Origin: Gemmatimonas sp.
GTDB taxonomy: Bacteria > Gemmatimonadota > Gemmatimonadetes > Gemmatimonadales > Gemmatimonadaceae
Assembly (NCBI GenBank): GCA_965279375.1
Contig: OZ257156.1
Span: forward strand, 3,840,001 to 3,904,000
Direction: 5' to 3'
Length of the DNA: 64,000 bases
The position numbers were made by a program, and so were the translations under genes. Under the pieces are notes generated by a model. That model did not search any database, was not told where the DNA came from, and saw nothing but the letters and a program-made list of their open reading frames with translations. How positions within the stretch are numbered: position 1 is the stretch's first letter; every line of letters starts with the position of its first letter. Below are positions 31,548 to 40,720 of this stretch, one piece after another.

Positions 31548-33244
31548 TACTGGGCCCCGCGCATTGCGCGTGCAACGGCCGATCGCACCACGACGTCCTT
31601 CGTGTCGGCCGCACGTTCGAGTGCCGCATTGGCGGCCGGCGTGTTGATCAGGCCAAGCGCACGGGCTGCGCAGGCGCGCACCTCCGCAGGCTCTCGAGAG
31701 CCCAGCAAGGCGCGCGCGTTGAGCAGCTGATCCAGCTCGAACACGCCCGCATCGCCACACACAGAACCATACGCCTCGAAGAGCGCCATCTTCTCGCCGA
31801 GGTCGGCGGAACGCAGCTCCTTCCGGCGCAGCGCCTGCGCGAGTCTAGGCAGCGCCCCCACGTGCTTGCGTGCAGCGAGCGCGCGCAAGGTCGCGACACG
31901 CACGTCGCGGTCGGTATCGTCGATGCCGCGCTCGAGCGCCTGCAGTGCGCCGCCAGAGCCGATATCGCCCAGTGCAGAGACGGCGTCGATCCGAAGCTTC
32001 GCGTCGTCACCGCGCAGCAAGCGGGCGAGCCCGGGAACGGCGGCGGGCGTGGCCAACTGTGCCGCAATGCGGAGCGCGCCTCGTACCACGAAGGGGTCGT
32101 CGTGCTCGAGCAGCTCCGCCAGCTCCAATACGTGCGAACGCGCGAGCTGCAACGATGCGCGTTCGATCGCCGCGCGTGCGGGCGACGCGGAGGCCGATCC
32201 CAACCACCCGACCAGCGGCAAGAGTGCGGAGGGGCGCAACTCAGCAAACACGCCTTCGAGCAACGAGGCCACCGGTGCTCGCGCACTTTCGTCGAGGGCT
32301 TGCAGCAGCTGCGACATCACCGTTGGATCGCTGAGCCGCACCGGCAGTTCGGTCAGCGCTTCAACGATCGAGGGCTCCGACACGCCCTTTCGCACAATGA
32401 CGGCCGCTTCGCGCAGCACGAGGCCTACCATGCCGTACTCGCCGACGGATAGGAACTCGAGCAGGAGCTGATCGACAAGTCCGACCGCTTCGCGTTGCGC
32501 GGCCACACCAACGGGCGCCTCGACAATGTCGAATAGCACGAGCACGGCACCGCGTCGCTGGTCCTCGGCGTACTCACGCTTCAACTCGTCCTGCAGGTAG
32601 GCGATCTCGCGCTGGTCGAGGAAGTAGAGCGTGGAGTCAAAGTCTTCGACGCGAACGATGCCGGGCGGCGGGCCGTCGCCTGGCGCAGGCGTCTCTGCCC
32701 CCGGCACGGCAAGCGGTGCGTCTCCTGTGTTGAACGACACGACGCCGCTGCGTTCGCCGCCGAGTGCAGGAAGATCGACTACGCCGTCGCCTTCGACATG
32801 TTCGTACTCGAGCGCGGAGAGATCCGCCACCCAGAGCATGGTGACGAGATCGTCTTCGTCGGAGCGTGCAGACCGTGCGCGCTGGAGCACCGACATGAAC
32901 GGCTCGAGATCAGTGCTCTCGAATCCGCGCTGGAACGTCAGTGTGCGCAGTCCGTCACGATACAGCAGCCACGGCAAGCCTTCGTTCGCGCGTTCGAGAT
33001 CGCTGTAGACTTCGCGATCCTCCCAGCGGAACGATGACTCGCGAATCTGGAGCTCGAGCGGATGCACGTGGCGCCAGAGCGCGCCGAACGCGTCGCGCGC
33101 GCGTTCGACCGCCTGTGCGCGCGCCGGATTGTTGGGGAGATACAACTGCGACGCACGAAGCGCCTTCGCGAATGCGCGGAGCACATCCTCGACGGCCGCG
33201 ATCGCCTGAGGCGACAGCGTAGCTTCGTCCGTCGCGCTGGTCAC
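31547..33244 (-). CDS. HEAT-repeat protein
   Basis: C-terminal repeats such as [47 protein letters not shown]. Confidence 0.88.
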   Translation of the reverse strand: MTSATDEATLSPQAIAAVEDVLRAFAKALRASQLYLPNNPARAQAVERARDAFGALWRHVHPLELQIRESSFRWEDREVYSDLERANEGLPWLLYRDGLRTLTFQRGFESTDLEPFMSVLQRARSARSDEDDLVTMLWVADLSALEYEHVEGDGVVDLPALGGERSGVVSFNTGDAPLAVPGAETPAPGDGPPPGIVRVEDFDSTLYFLDQREIAYLQDELKREYAEDQRRGAVLVLFDIVEAPVGVAAQREAVGLVDQLLLEFLSVGEYGMVGLVLREAAVIVRKGVSEPSIVEALTELPVRLSDPTVMSQLLQALDESARAPVASLLEGVFAELRPSALLPLVGWLGSASASPARAAIERASLQLARSHVLELAELLEHDDPFVVRGALRIAAQLATPAAVPGLARLLRGDDAKLRIDAVSALGDIGSGGALQALERGIDDTDRDVRVATLRALAARKHVGALPRLAQALRRKELRSADLGEKMALFEAYGSVCGDAGVFELDQLLNARALLGSREPAEVRACAARALGLINTPAANAALERAADTKDVVVRSAVARAMRGAQ

Positions 33245-34446
33245 GTCTCGGGAATCTCGTGCTGACTGATGGTCGCGACGTCCTTGTCACCGCGACCGCT
33301 GACGCACAGCAGCACCGGTTCGTTCTCGCTCCAGCGTCCCGCTTCCTTCTCGATCCAGGCGACCGCGTGCGCCGTTTCCAGCGCGGGGATGATGCCTTCG
33401 AGACGGCTGAGCAACGCGACGCCACGCAGCGCTTCGGTGTCGGTAATGGAGACGTACTGCGCGCGGCCGCTGTCGTTGAGCCACGCGTGCTCCGGTCCAA
33501 CGCCGGGATAGTCGAGGCCCGCCGAGATGGAGTGCGCGGGGTGCACCTGACCGTGTGCGTCCTGCAGCAGGTAGCTGAGCGCCCCGTGCAGCACGCCCGG
33601 CGTGCCCTTGGCGATGGAGGCGCTGTGCCGTTCGGTGTTGAGCCCTTCGCCTGCCGCTTCGACGCCGACCAGTTGCACGTCCGCGTCGTCCACAAAACCG
33701 GCGAAGATGCCCATCGCGTTCGAGCCGCCACCCACACAGGCGACGACGGTCTTGGGCAGTTGACCCACGCGCGAGAGCATCTGCCCACGCGATTCGCGCC
33801 CGATTACCGACTGGAACTCACGCACCATGCGCGGATAGGGTGCCGGTCCCACGACGGAGCCAATGATGTAGTGGCTCTCGTTGACGTTGGTGACCCAGTC
33901 GCGAATCGCTTCGCTGGTGGCATCCTTGAGTGTGCGCGTGCCCGACGTGACCGGTACTACCGTCGCGCCCATCAGTCGCATGCGGAAGACATTGAGCTGC
34001 TGCCGCTGCATGTCTTCTTCGCCCATGTACACGACGCACGTGAGACCAAATCGCGCGCAGATCGTGGCGGTCGCCACGCCGTGCTGACCAGCACCGGTTT
34101 CCGCGATGATGCGGCGCTTGCCCATGCGTCGCGCAAGAATCGCCTGCGCGACGGTGTTGTTGATCTTGTGGGCGCCCGTGTGGTTGAGATCTTCGCGCTT
34201 GAGCCACACCGGAGCACCGACGCGCGCCGAGAATCGCGGCGCGAACGTCAAGGGCGTTGGACGGCCGACGTACTCGCGCAACAGTCCATCGAGCTCGGAA
34301 CGAAACGCCTCGTCTGCAAGCGCGGTGCGAAACGCGACTTCCAACTCATCGAGCGCCGGAATGAGCGTCTCGGGCACGTATCGCCCGCCGAACGGTCCGA
34401 AGCGATCACTGGTTGGCGCCATCATCGTATCTGCTGCCGTCGTCAT
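33241..34446 (-). CDS. trpB: Tryptophan synthase beta chain
   Basis: [47 protein letters not shown]. Confidence 0.98.
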   Translation of the reverse strand: MTTAADTMMAPTSDRFGPFGGRYVPETLIPALDELEVAFRTALADEAFRSELDGLLREYVGRPTPLTFAPRFSARVGAPVWLKREDLNHTGAHKINNTVAQAILARRMGKRRIIAETGAGQHGVATATICARFGLTCVVYMGEEDMQRQQLNVFRMRLMGATVVPVTSGTRTLKDATSEAIRDWVTNVNESHYIIGSVVGPAPYPRMVREFQSVIGRESRGQMLSRVGQLPKTVVACVGGGSNAMGIFAGFVDDADVQLVGVEAAGEGLNTERHSASIAKGTPGVLHGALSYLLQDAHGQVHPAHSISAGLDYPGVGPEHAWLNDSGRAQYVSITDTEALRGVALLSRLEGIIPALETAHAVAWIEKEAGRWSENEPVLLCVSGRGDKDVATISQHEIPET

Positions 34447-35105
34447 GCTCCCATCCCCATCGCGGCGTGCACCGCTGTCACGAACTGTTCTACGGCCGCC
34501 GGATCCTTCACACCGGGAGCAGTTTCCACGCCGGAAGATACGTCTACAACATCAGGTGCGAGGAGTCGAATCGCGTCCGCAATGTTTGACGGTCGCAATC
34601 CACCGGCGAGTACGACGCGCACGCCCGGAACAGCGGTGCGCAGCCGCGCGACAGCCGCGGCGAGTCCGGACCAGTCGAGTGCGACGCCAGTGCCGCCGAG
34701 TTGCCCCACGACTTTTGCATCGAGAACGATCCAACCCGCGGCAGCGGCAAGCGCAGTCGCGTCATCGGGAAGCTCCGTCCCTTCGACGCGCAAGACTGGC
34801 CAGACGGCACGTCCCGAGCGCGCCCTGATGACGTCGACGTCCCCCGGGGTGACATCGCCGTGCAGCTGCGACACGTCGAGGTCGAGCGCGCGGGTCGTGT
34901 CGACAATTTCATCAACGCTCTGCGAGCCGAACACCGCCACGCGCTCGACGCTGCTTCGACGCGGGCCGAGCACCGTCTGCGCCTGCGCGTTCGTGAGCAG
35001 ACGCGGACCGCTTGCGAGGATGACGCCCAGATAGTGCGCACCGCTCCGCTCCGCGTGCGCCGCGTCCGACGCGCGGGTGAGCCCGCAGAACTTGATGCGC
35101 GTCAT
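34443..35105 (-). CDS. trpF: Phosphoribosylanthranilate isomerase
   Basis: Start [37 protein letters not shown]. Confidence 0.95.
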   Translation of the reverse strand: MTRIKFCGLTRASDAAHAERSGAHYLGVILASGPRLLTNAQAQTVLGPRRSSVERVAVFGSQSVDEIVDTTRALDLDVSQLHGDVTPGDVDVIRARSGRAVWPVLRVEGTELPDDATALAAAAGWIVLDAKVVGQLGGTGVALDWSGLAAAVARLRTAVPGVRVVLAGGLRPSNIADAIRLLAPDVVDVSSGVETAPGVKDPAAVEQFVTAVHAAMGMGA

Positions 35106-35163
35106 GGGAAACGGTGTGCCGAAGCGCAACCAACGCCAATCGTCCCGCCACGAGGCGAGTCCA

Positions 35164-35988
35164 TCAGCGACCTCGACGTGCGACAACGCTGAGCGCGCGC
35201 ACGCTGTCGGCCGGATCGGCTGCCGCCGAGATGGCGCTGCCGACGAGCACGGCGTCGGCACCCGCATTGGCGGCCGGCTTCAGATCGGCAACGATGCGCA
35301 TGCCGCTTTCCGCGACGGCGATGCGGTCCGCCGGAATGGACGGAATGAGCCCCGGCGCATTGGCCGGATCGATGACGAGCGTTTCGAGATTGCGATTGTT
35401 GACGCCAATCACGCGCGCGTCGATGGAAAGCGCCGTGTCCAGCTCGGCCGCATCGCGTACTTCGACCAGCGTTTCGAGCCCGATCTCCGTCGCAGTGTCC
35501 GCCAGTTCGCGCAGCAACTCGTCCGAGAGCGATCGCACGATCAGCAGCACCGCCGATGCACCAGCCACGCGCGCTTCCCAGAGCTGCACTGGATGCACCA
35601 GAAAATCCTTGCGGATGGCCGGGACGGAGACGCGCTGCGCCACCGAGGCGAGATCCGCGAGTGTGCCACCGAATCGTGTCGGCTCGGTGAGTACCGAAAT
35701 GGCGCGGGCGCCGCCCTTCGCGTAGGCCGCTGCCTGCTCAGCCGCATCGAGGCCGGCGGCAATCGCGCCCTTGGAGGGCGAGGCGCGCTTCACCTCGGCG
35801 ATCACCGAGACGAACTCGTGGCGAAGTGCGATGGCAAAGGGGAGCGCGGCGGGAGCGTCCTTCGAGGCGGCGCGAAGCTCGGCGATGGTGTGGGCCACCG
35901 CTGCGGCACGCTCGTGAGCCGCTCGGGTGAGCTCGCCGAGGGTCCCCGTGGGGGGCGTCCACTGGCGTGGCGAAGAAAATGCTTGCAC
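35164..35988 (-). CDS. trpC: Indole-3-glycerol phosphate synthase
   Basis: VIAEVKRASPSKG, ISVLTEP, RKDF, GVNNRNL, VAESG. The GTG start is approximate. Confidence 0.94.
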   Translation of the reverse strand: MQAFSSPRQWTPPTGTLGELTRAAHERAAAVAHTIAELRAASKDAPAALPFAIALRHEFVSVIAEVKRASPSKGAIAAGLDAAEQAAAYAKGGARAISVLTEPTRFGGTLADLASVAQRVSVPAIRKDFLVHPVQLWEARVAGASAVLLIVRSLSDELLRELADTATEIGLETLVEVRDAAELDTALSIDARVIGVNNRNLETLVIDPANAPGLIPSIPADRIAVAESGMRIVADLKPAANAGADAVLVGSAISAAADPADSVRALSVVARRGR

Positions 35989-36030
35989 TTCGGCCTGTAT
36001 TCGGTTAGCGTGGGTTTGGCCCTTGTTCGG
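35983..36030 (+). promoter_or_regulatory. lexA promoter with two candidate LexA operators
   Basis: TTGCAC (35983-35988), 17-nt spacer, TAGCGT (36006-36011). TTCGG-N6-TTCGG at 35989-36004 and TTTGG-N6-TTCGG at 36015-36030. Confidence 0.65.
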
Positions 36031-36098
36031 GCTCCGGATCGAGCAGCAACCGTCACCGGTTGAGATGGACGCGATGTGCACCCTATCGAGGAGGCGCC

Positions 36099-36707
36099 AT
36101 GGCCCTGACAAAGCGCCAGCGGGAGATTCTGTCGTTTCTCTCCGAGTACAACGAGGCGAACGGTTACGCGCCGAGTTTCGAAGAGATCGCGTCGCAGTTC
36201 AACTATAACTCGCTGGCAACCGTCCACGAGCACCTCTCGAATCTCGAACGCAAGGGATACATCAAGCGTTCGTACAATGAGAGTCGCGCCATCGAGATCC
36301 TGCCGTCGGAGATCTATCAGCGCGCGGTCGAGTTGCCGTTGCTCGGCACCGTGGCCGCTGGCGCGCCGATCGAGGCGATGACCGTTGGTGAAACGATGGC
36401 AGTGCCCGACGGTTTCCTGCGGAAGAGTGGCAGCCACTACGTGCTACGCGTGCGCGGCGAATCGATGATCGAGGAGCAGATCCGCGATGGCGACTACGTC
36501 GTCATCAACGATCGGCAGGCGGCCGATAACGGCGAGATGGTGATCGCGCTTCTCGACGGGGCCGCGGCCACCGTCAAGCGCTACTACCGCGAGCGAGACG
36601 GGCGCATTCGTCTCCAGCCGGCCAACGAAGCGATGACGCCGCTCTTCGTGCACGAGGACGACGTGCGCATTCAGGGGATCGTCGTCGGCGTGCTGCGCCG
36701 CTACTGA
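36099..36707 (+). CDS. lexA: SOS repressor LexA
   Basis: SD GAGGAGG then MALTKRQREIL. wHTH (PSFEEIA...SLATVHEHL), cleavage site VAAG.P, catalytic Ser (GESM) and Lys (TVKR). Confidence 0.96.
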   Translation: MALTKRQREILSFLSEYNEANGYAPSFEEIASQFNYNSLATVHEHLSNLERKGYIKRSYNESRAIEILPSEIYQRAVELPLLGTVAAGAPIEAMTVGETMAVPDGFLRKSGSHYVLRVRGESMIEEQIRDGDYVVINDRQAADNGEMVIALLDGAAATVKRYYRERDGRIRLQPANEAMTPLFVHEDDVRIQGIVVGVLRRY

Positions 36708-36827
36708 CCGAGTAGGCGTGCTGCGGCCCGCCGGGTCGGCTGCAGCGCGAGGGATCCGCGGGCGATCCGTCGAGAGTGCAACGAAACAGAAAAGCGCGCC
36801 AGCAGTGAACTCGCCGACGAGTGACGA

Positions 36828-37856
36828 CTAGCGCTGCGAAGCGACGCGCAGGCGCGCCAACGCGTCTCGTCCGGCGCCCGCCTGCAGTGCCGTCCGTGCG
36901 CTTTCGACCGCGTCAGCAAAGAGGATGCCCTCGCGACTGACATAGAGCGCCGCCGCGGCGTTGAGCAGCACGGCCGCCCTCGCACCCGGCGGACCGCCAC
37001 CATCCAGCACGGCCGTGATCACCGCAGCGTTCTCGGTTGGGTCGCCGCCCGTCAGATCGCTTGCCTCGATGCCGCTGATTCCCGCGATCGTCGGGTCCAC
37101 GGTCCACGAATGCAGCGCGCCGGTGTCCACTTCCACCACCGTCGTCGGACCCAGCGGCGAGATCTCGTCCATGCCGGGCTCCCCGTGCACCACGAGGGCG
37201 CGTCGGGTGCCGAGTACGGCCAGCGTTTCAGCGATGAGCTGCAGCCTCGCAGGTTCGGCCACGCCAACCACCTGCCGACCTGCCCGCGCCGGATTGGCCA
37301 GCGGGCCAACCATGTTCATGACCGTCGGGATGGCCAGCTCACGACGCACCGGTCCCACATGTCGCAGCGCGGGGTGCATCAGCGGCGCGAACATGAAGAC
37401 GATCCCTGCGTCGCGCAGCGTGTCGGCCATCTTGGCTGGTGTCGTTTCGATGACCACCCCCAGCGCCTCGAGCACGTCGGCGCTCCCCGAACGGGAGGTG
37501 AATGAGCGATTGCCGTGCTTGGCCACGCGCACGCCCATGCCGGCAGCAAGCAAGGCCGCCGCCGTCGAGATGTTGAAGGTGGTGAGAGAGCCGCCGCCGG
37601 TCCCGCAGGTGTCTACCAGGTCGTCCGGGCTCTCGCTGGGCAATACCACCATCGCGGCGCGCAACGCGCTGACGACGCCCGCGACCTCGGCCGGCGTTTC
37701 TCCTTTCACACGGAGTGCCATGAGCACCGCGGCGACCTGTGCCGGCGTCCCTTCGCCGCGCATGATGACGCCAAAGGCCTCCGCAAGCGTGGCCGAGTCG
37801 AGGGATTCATGGGCGGCCAACCGCCGAATCGCGTGCGTCAGCGCGTCAGCGGACAT
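36828..37856 (-). CDS. trpD: Anthranilate phosphoribosyltransferase
   Basis: DTCGTGG, FNIST, KHGNRS.TSRSGSADVLEALG, GPLANP, GMDEIS. Confidence 0.96.
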   Translation of the reverse strand: MSADALTHAIRRLAAHESLDSATLAEAFGVIMRGEGTPAQVAAVLMALRVKGETPAEVAGVVSALRAAMVVLPSESPDDLVDTCGTGGGSLTTFNISTAAALLAAGMGVRVAKHGNRSFTSRSGSADVLEALGVVIETTPAKMADTLRDAGIVFMFAPLMHPALRHVGPVRRELAIPTVMNMVGPLANPARAGRQVVGVAEPARLQLIAETLAVLGTRRALVVHGEPGMDEISPLGPTTVVEVDTGALHSWTVDPTIAGISGIEASDLTGGDPTENAAVITAVLDGGGPPGARAAVLLNAAAALYVSREGILFADAVESARTALQAGAGRDALARLRVASQR

Positions 37857-39156
37857 CGAGTGCGGCAAGCAGGCGTTCCGTCAGGTTGTTGCGTGACGCG
37901 ATGAGTGAGATGACCAAGCCGAGCAATCGCACGCGCTCGACATCTTCCTCGCCGTACACGCCGCGCTGCGCACGATTCGTCAGGTTGAGCACGCCGACGA
38001 GTTCGTCATGGTACACGAGCGGAAAACTGATGAAGCTACCCGTGGTGAAGTACTGATCACGCAGCAACGGATGCTGACCGGCTTCGCGGACGTCCTGCAC
38101 GAGGAGTGGTTGCCGAGCTGCGGCCACCCGTCCTGCCACGCCCTCGCCAATGCGGATGCGCATTCCCTCGGTGATGTTGGGCGCGATACCGCGCGCCGCC
38201 GCAAGGAAGAGATGATCAGGCTCGGGCGCGCGCAGCATCAGCGAACAGCGCTGCGCCTGCATGTCGTCGCCGACGAGTGAGAGCAGTCCGTCCACGAGTG
38301 CGCGCGCGTCGTGCGTGCCCGCATCGAGCGTGAGCACGCGGTCCACGAGGTAGAGCGTGCGCGTCCGCTGCCTGAGCGCTTCGCTGCGGCGGTGGAGTTC
38401 GACGTGTGCCTGCTCCAGCTGACCCACCGCCGCCGTCAACTGCTGGTCGGTCAGTTCGGCGCGACGGGAGGCGCGGCGGGCTTCTTCCGCGGCGCGAGCG
38501 GCGTCGGCCTGCATGGCGACCGACTCAGCGGCCCCCATCGAAGAGGAGTCGCGCGGCGTGTTGCGGGCCTCTCGCAGTTCGGCTTCGAGGACGCCGAGCT
38601 TGCGCACATACTCGCCGTGGACGCGCTGGGTGACGTCCTCGAGGGTGCGCACCGCTTCCTGGCGCGCGTCGCGTTCGGAGAGACGGCCGAAGGCGAGGTC
38701 GAACAGGGCGAGTGCCGGCGCGAGTCGCTCCGTAGTGCGGGTGCCGAAAATCTTGCGCGGTTCGTAGAGCGCGAGCACACCCGACAGCGCGCCTTCCACG
38801 CGCAGTCCGCGGAGCGACAGGAGCCCGCCGTCCACCGAGGAGCCGAAGCCGAAGAGGCGGGCGTAATCTGCCGACTTGTCAGTGACGTCCACGAACTGCC
38901 CACCTGCGGTCACCTTCGTGCGCAGCGCCTCGGGGAGATGGTCGTAGGTGGTTTCGATGCTTCCGTGGACGACCCGCGCGCCGACGGGGGCGAGTCGAGT
39001 GCGCAGCATATCGCGTCGCGCATCGTACAGCACGAAGGCGATGGCCGCCCCGCGATCGAGTTCGGCGAGGCACTCGCCAAGCGCGACGAGAGCGCCATCG
39101 AGGTCGGAGATGGCGCCCAACGCATGGGCGAGCGAGGCGAGAGAACGCGGAGGCAT
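37846..39156 (-). CDS. GAF-domain protein with coiled coil and no output domain
   Basis: C-terminal GAF (GEGVAGRVA, SFISFPL, VGVLNLTN). Start re-chosen at MPPRSL. Confidence 0.82.
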   Translation of the reverse strand: MPPRSLASLAHALGAISDLDGALVALGECLAELDRGAAIAFVLYDARRDMLRTRLAPVGARVVHGSIETTYDHLPEALRTKVTAGGQFVDVTDKSADYARLFGFGSSVDGGLLSLRGLRVEGALSGVLALYEPRKIFGTRTTERLAPALALFDLAFGRLSERDARQEAVRTLEDVTQRVHGEYVRKLGVLEAELREARNTPRDSSSMGAAESVAMQADAARAAEEARRASRRAELTDQQLTAAVGQLEQAHVELHRRSEALRQRTRTLYLVDRVLTLDAGTHDARALVDGLLSLVGDDMQAQRCSLMLRAPEPDHLFLAAARGIAPNITEGMRIRIGEGVAGRVAAARQPLLVQDVREAGQHPLLRDQYFTTGSFISFPLVYHDELVGVLNLTNRAQRGVYGEEDVERVRLLGLVISLIASRNNLTERLLAALDVR

Positions 39157-39278
39157 GGACGGAAGGAGGAAATACTGCCGAACGCGGCCGCGCAATGTGG
39201 CTCACGTCGATTCTTCACCGCAATTGGGCGTCTTCGTCGGTTGAAGCGCAACGAACGCGGACATAGCTTCCCCGCGCC

Positions 39279-40055
39279 ATGGACCCTCGCCCTATCCTCC
39301 TCGTAACGCAGTATGACGGAGGCCGATTCTCCGGGTGGCAGCGCCAGCCGATCGCGCGCACGGTCCAGGGGGAGATGGAGTCGGTGCTGGCGCGCCTGTG
39401 CGAGGGACCGGTTCCCGCGGTCGGCGCTGGTCGGACCGACGCCGGCGTGCATGCCCACGGACAGGGGGTTGGCGTGCGGGTGGGAGAGCGCTGGACCCCG
39501 CATTCCCTCCGAAAAGCGATGAATGCGCTCCTGCCGCCAGACATCTGGATCGCGACGTCCCACCGGATGGTTCCGGAATTCCACCCCCGCAGGAGCGCAA
39601 CTGGGCGTCGGTACCGTTATCTTGTTGGCACGGATGACGCGGCCCGTTCCCCGTTCCGCCGTCGCTACGAGTGGCCCTTGGGGCGCCTGCTCGATGGTGA
39701 TGTGCTGCGCGAGGAAGCCACGGCTCTGCTTGGAGAACATACGTTTCGCGCCTTCGCCATCGCACATACGGCGCCTGTCGACGACCATCACCGCTGCGTG
39801 ATTCATCACGCCGCGTGGACGGAACGCGAAGGCGGCTGGGTTTTCGAAGTCACAGCGAACCGATTTCTCCATCACATGGTCCGATTCCTTGTGGGCACGA
39901 TGGTCGAGGTAGCACAGGGGCGTCGTCCGCGCGGTACCATCGCGCGGCTGTTGCTGGCCCCGGACAACGCCGACACCACCGCGCCCGCGCCATCCGAGGG
40001 ATTGTCGTTGCACGAAGTCACCTATCCGTCGCACCTGTACGAGGGCGAGTCGTGA
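39279..40055 (+). CDS. truA: tRNA pseudouridine(38-40) synthase
   Basis: YDGGRFSGWQRQ, AGRTDAGVHA, FLHHMVR.LVG, APSEGL.L. Confidence 0.96.
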   Translation: MDPRPILLVTQYDGGRFSGWQRQPIARTVQGEMESVLARLCEGPVPAVGAGRTDAGVHAHGQGVGVRVGERWTPHSLRKAMNALLPPDIWIATSHRMVPEFHPRRSATGRRYRYLVGTDDAARSPFRRRYEWPLGRLLDGDVLREEATALLGEHTFRAFAIAHTAPVDDHHRCVIHHAAWTEREGGWVFEVTANRFLHHMVRFLVGTMVEVAQGRRPRGTIARLLLAPDNADTTAPAPSEGLSLHEVTYPSHLYEGES

Positions 40056-40720
40056 GGCTCTTTCTGGCGACGGACGCACTCGACGATGTTCGATGGGCGA
40101 CCGAGCGCGCGTTGATCGACGGGGTGGTGCTCCCCGACTCCGCGCTGCACGGTGCCTCCACGCAGGAAGCCTCGATGACATGGCTCGCGGATTTCGCGCG
40201 AGCGGCTGCGATGCCGGTGTTCGTGGCGCTCGATGCCGCCGACGCCGAGGAGGCTGAAGCCGACGCCGAGCGCCTCGGACGTGCGGCGGATCACGTGGTG
40301 ATTCAGCTGCCGTTCGCCGAGCCGTACATCCCGCTTATGCATCGACTGGCGTCGTCCGGGGTGAAGGTGGCGGCGACGTTCATCGGGTCCGCCTCGCAGG
40401 CGATGTTGGCTGCACGCACCGGGGTCGCGTTCCTGTTCGTCGACATCGATCGTATCGATGCCGGCGGTGGTGACGGCGCGAGCGTGTTGCGCCAGGCCCG
40501 CGCGATTCTCGACGCGGGCCAAAGCGAATCGGAGTTGGTCGCGGTGTTCCCTTCACCGGGCGCATCGGTGATCGGGTGCGCGGTGGCCGGCGCACACGCC
40601 GCCGTCATTGGTGCAGCGGCATTGCGCGCCATGGTGGCCTATCCCTTTACCGATCAATCACTCGTGGATCCTGCACGACGACCGGTGCAAGGCGAACGTC
40701 TGCGAGTCACACCCAACTGA
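40052..40720 (+). CDS. Degenerate transaldolase/FSA-family protein
   Basis: GTG start overlaps the truA stop. Fold-level similarity to TalC/FSA (RLFLAT, LIDGV, HVVIQLP, GVKVAAT, QAMLAA, HP-like YPFTD), but the catalytic motifs are replaced. Confidence 0.7.
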   Translation: MRLFLATDALDDVRWATERALIDGVVLPDSALHGASTQEASMTWLADFARAAAMPVFVALDAADAEEAEADAERLGRAADHVVIQLPFAEPYIPLMHRLASSGVKVAATFIGSASQAMLAARTGVAFLFVDIDRIDAGGGDGASVLRQARAILDAGQSESELVAVFPSPGASVIGCAVAGAHAAVIGAAALRAMVAYPFTDQSLVDPARRPVQGERLRVTPN

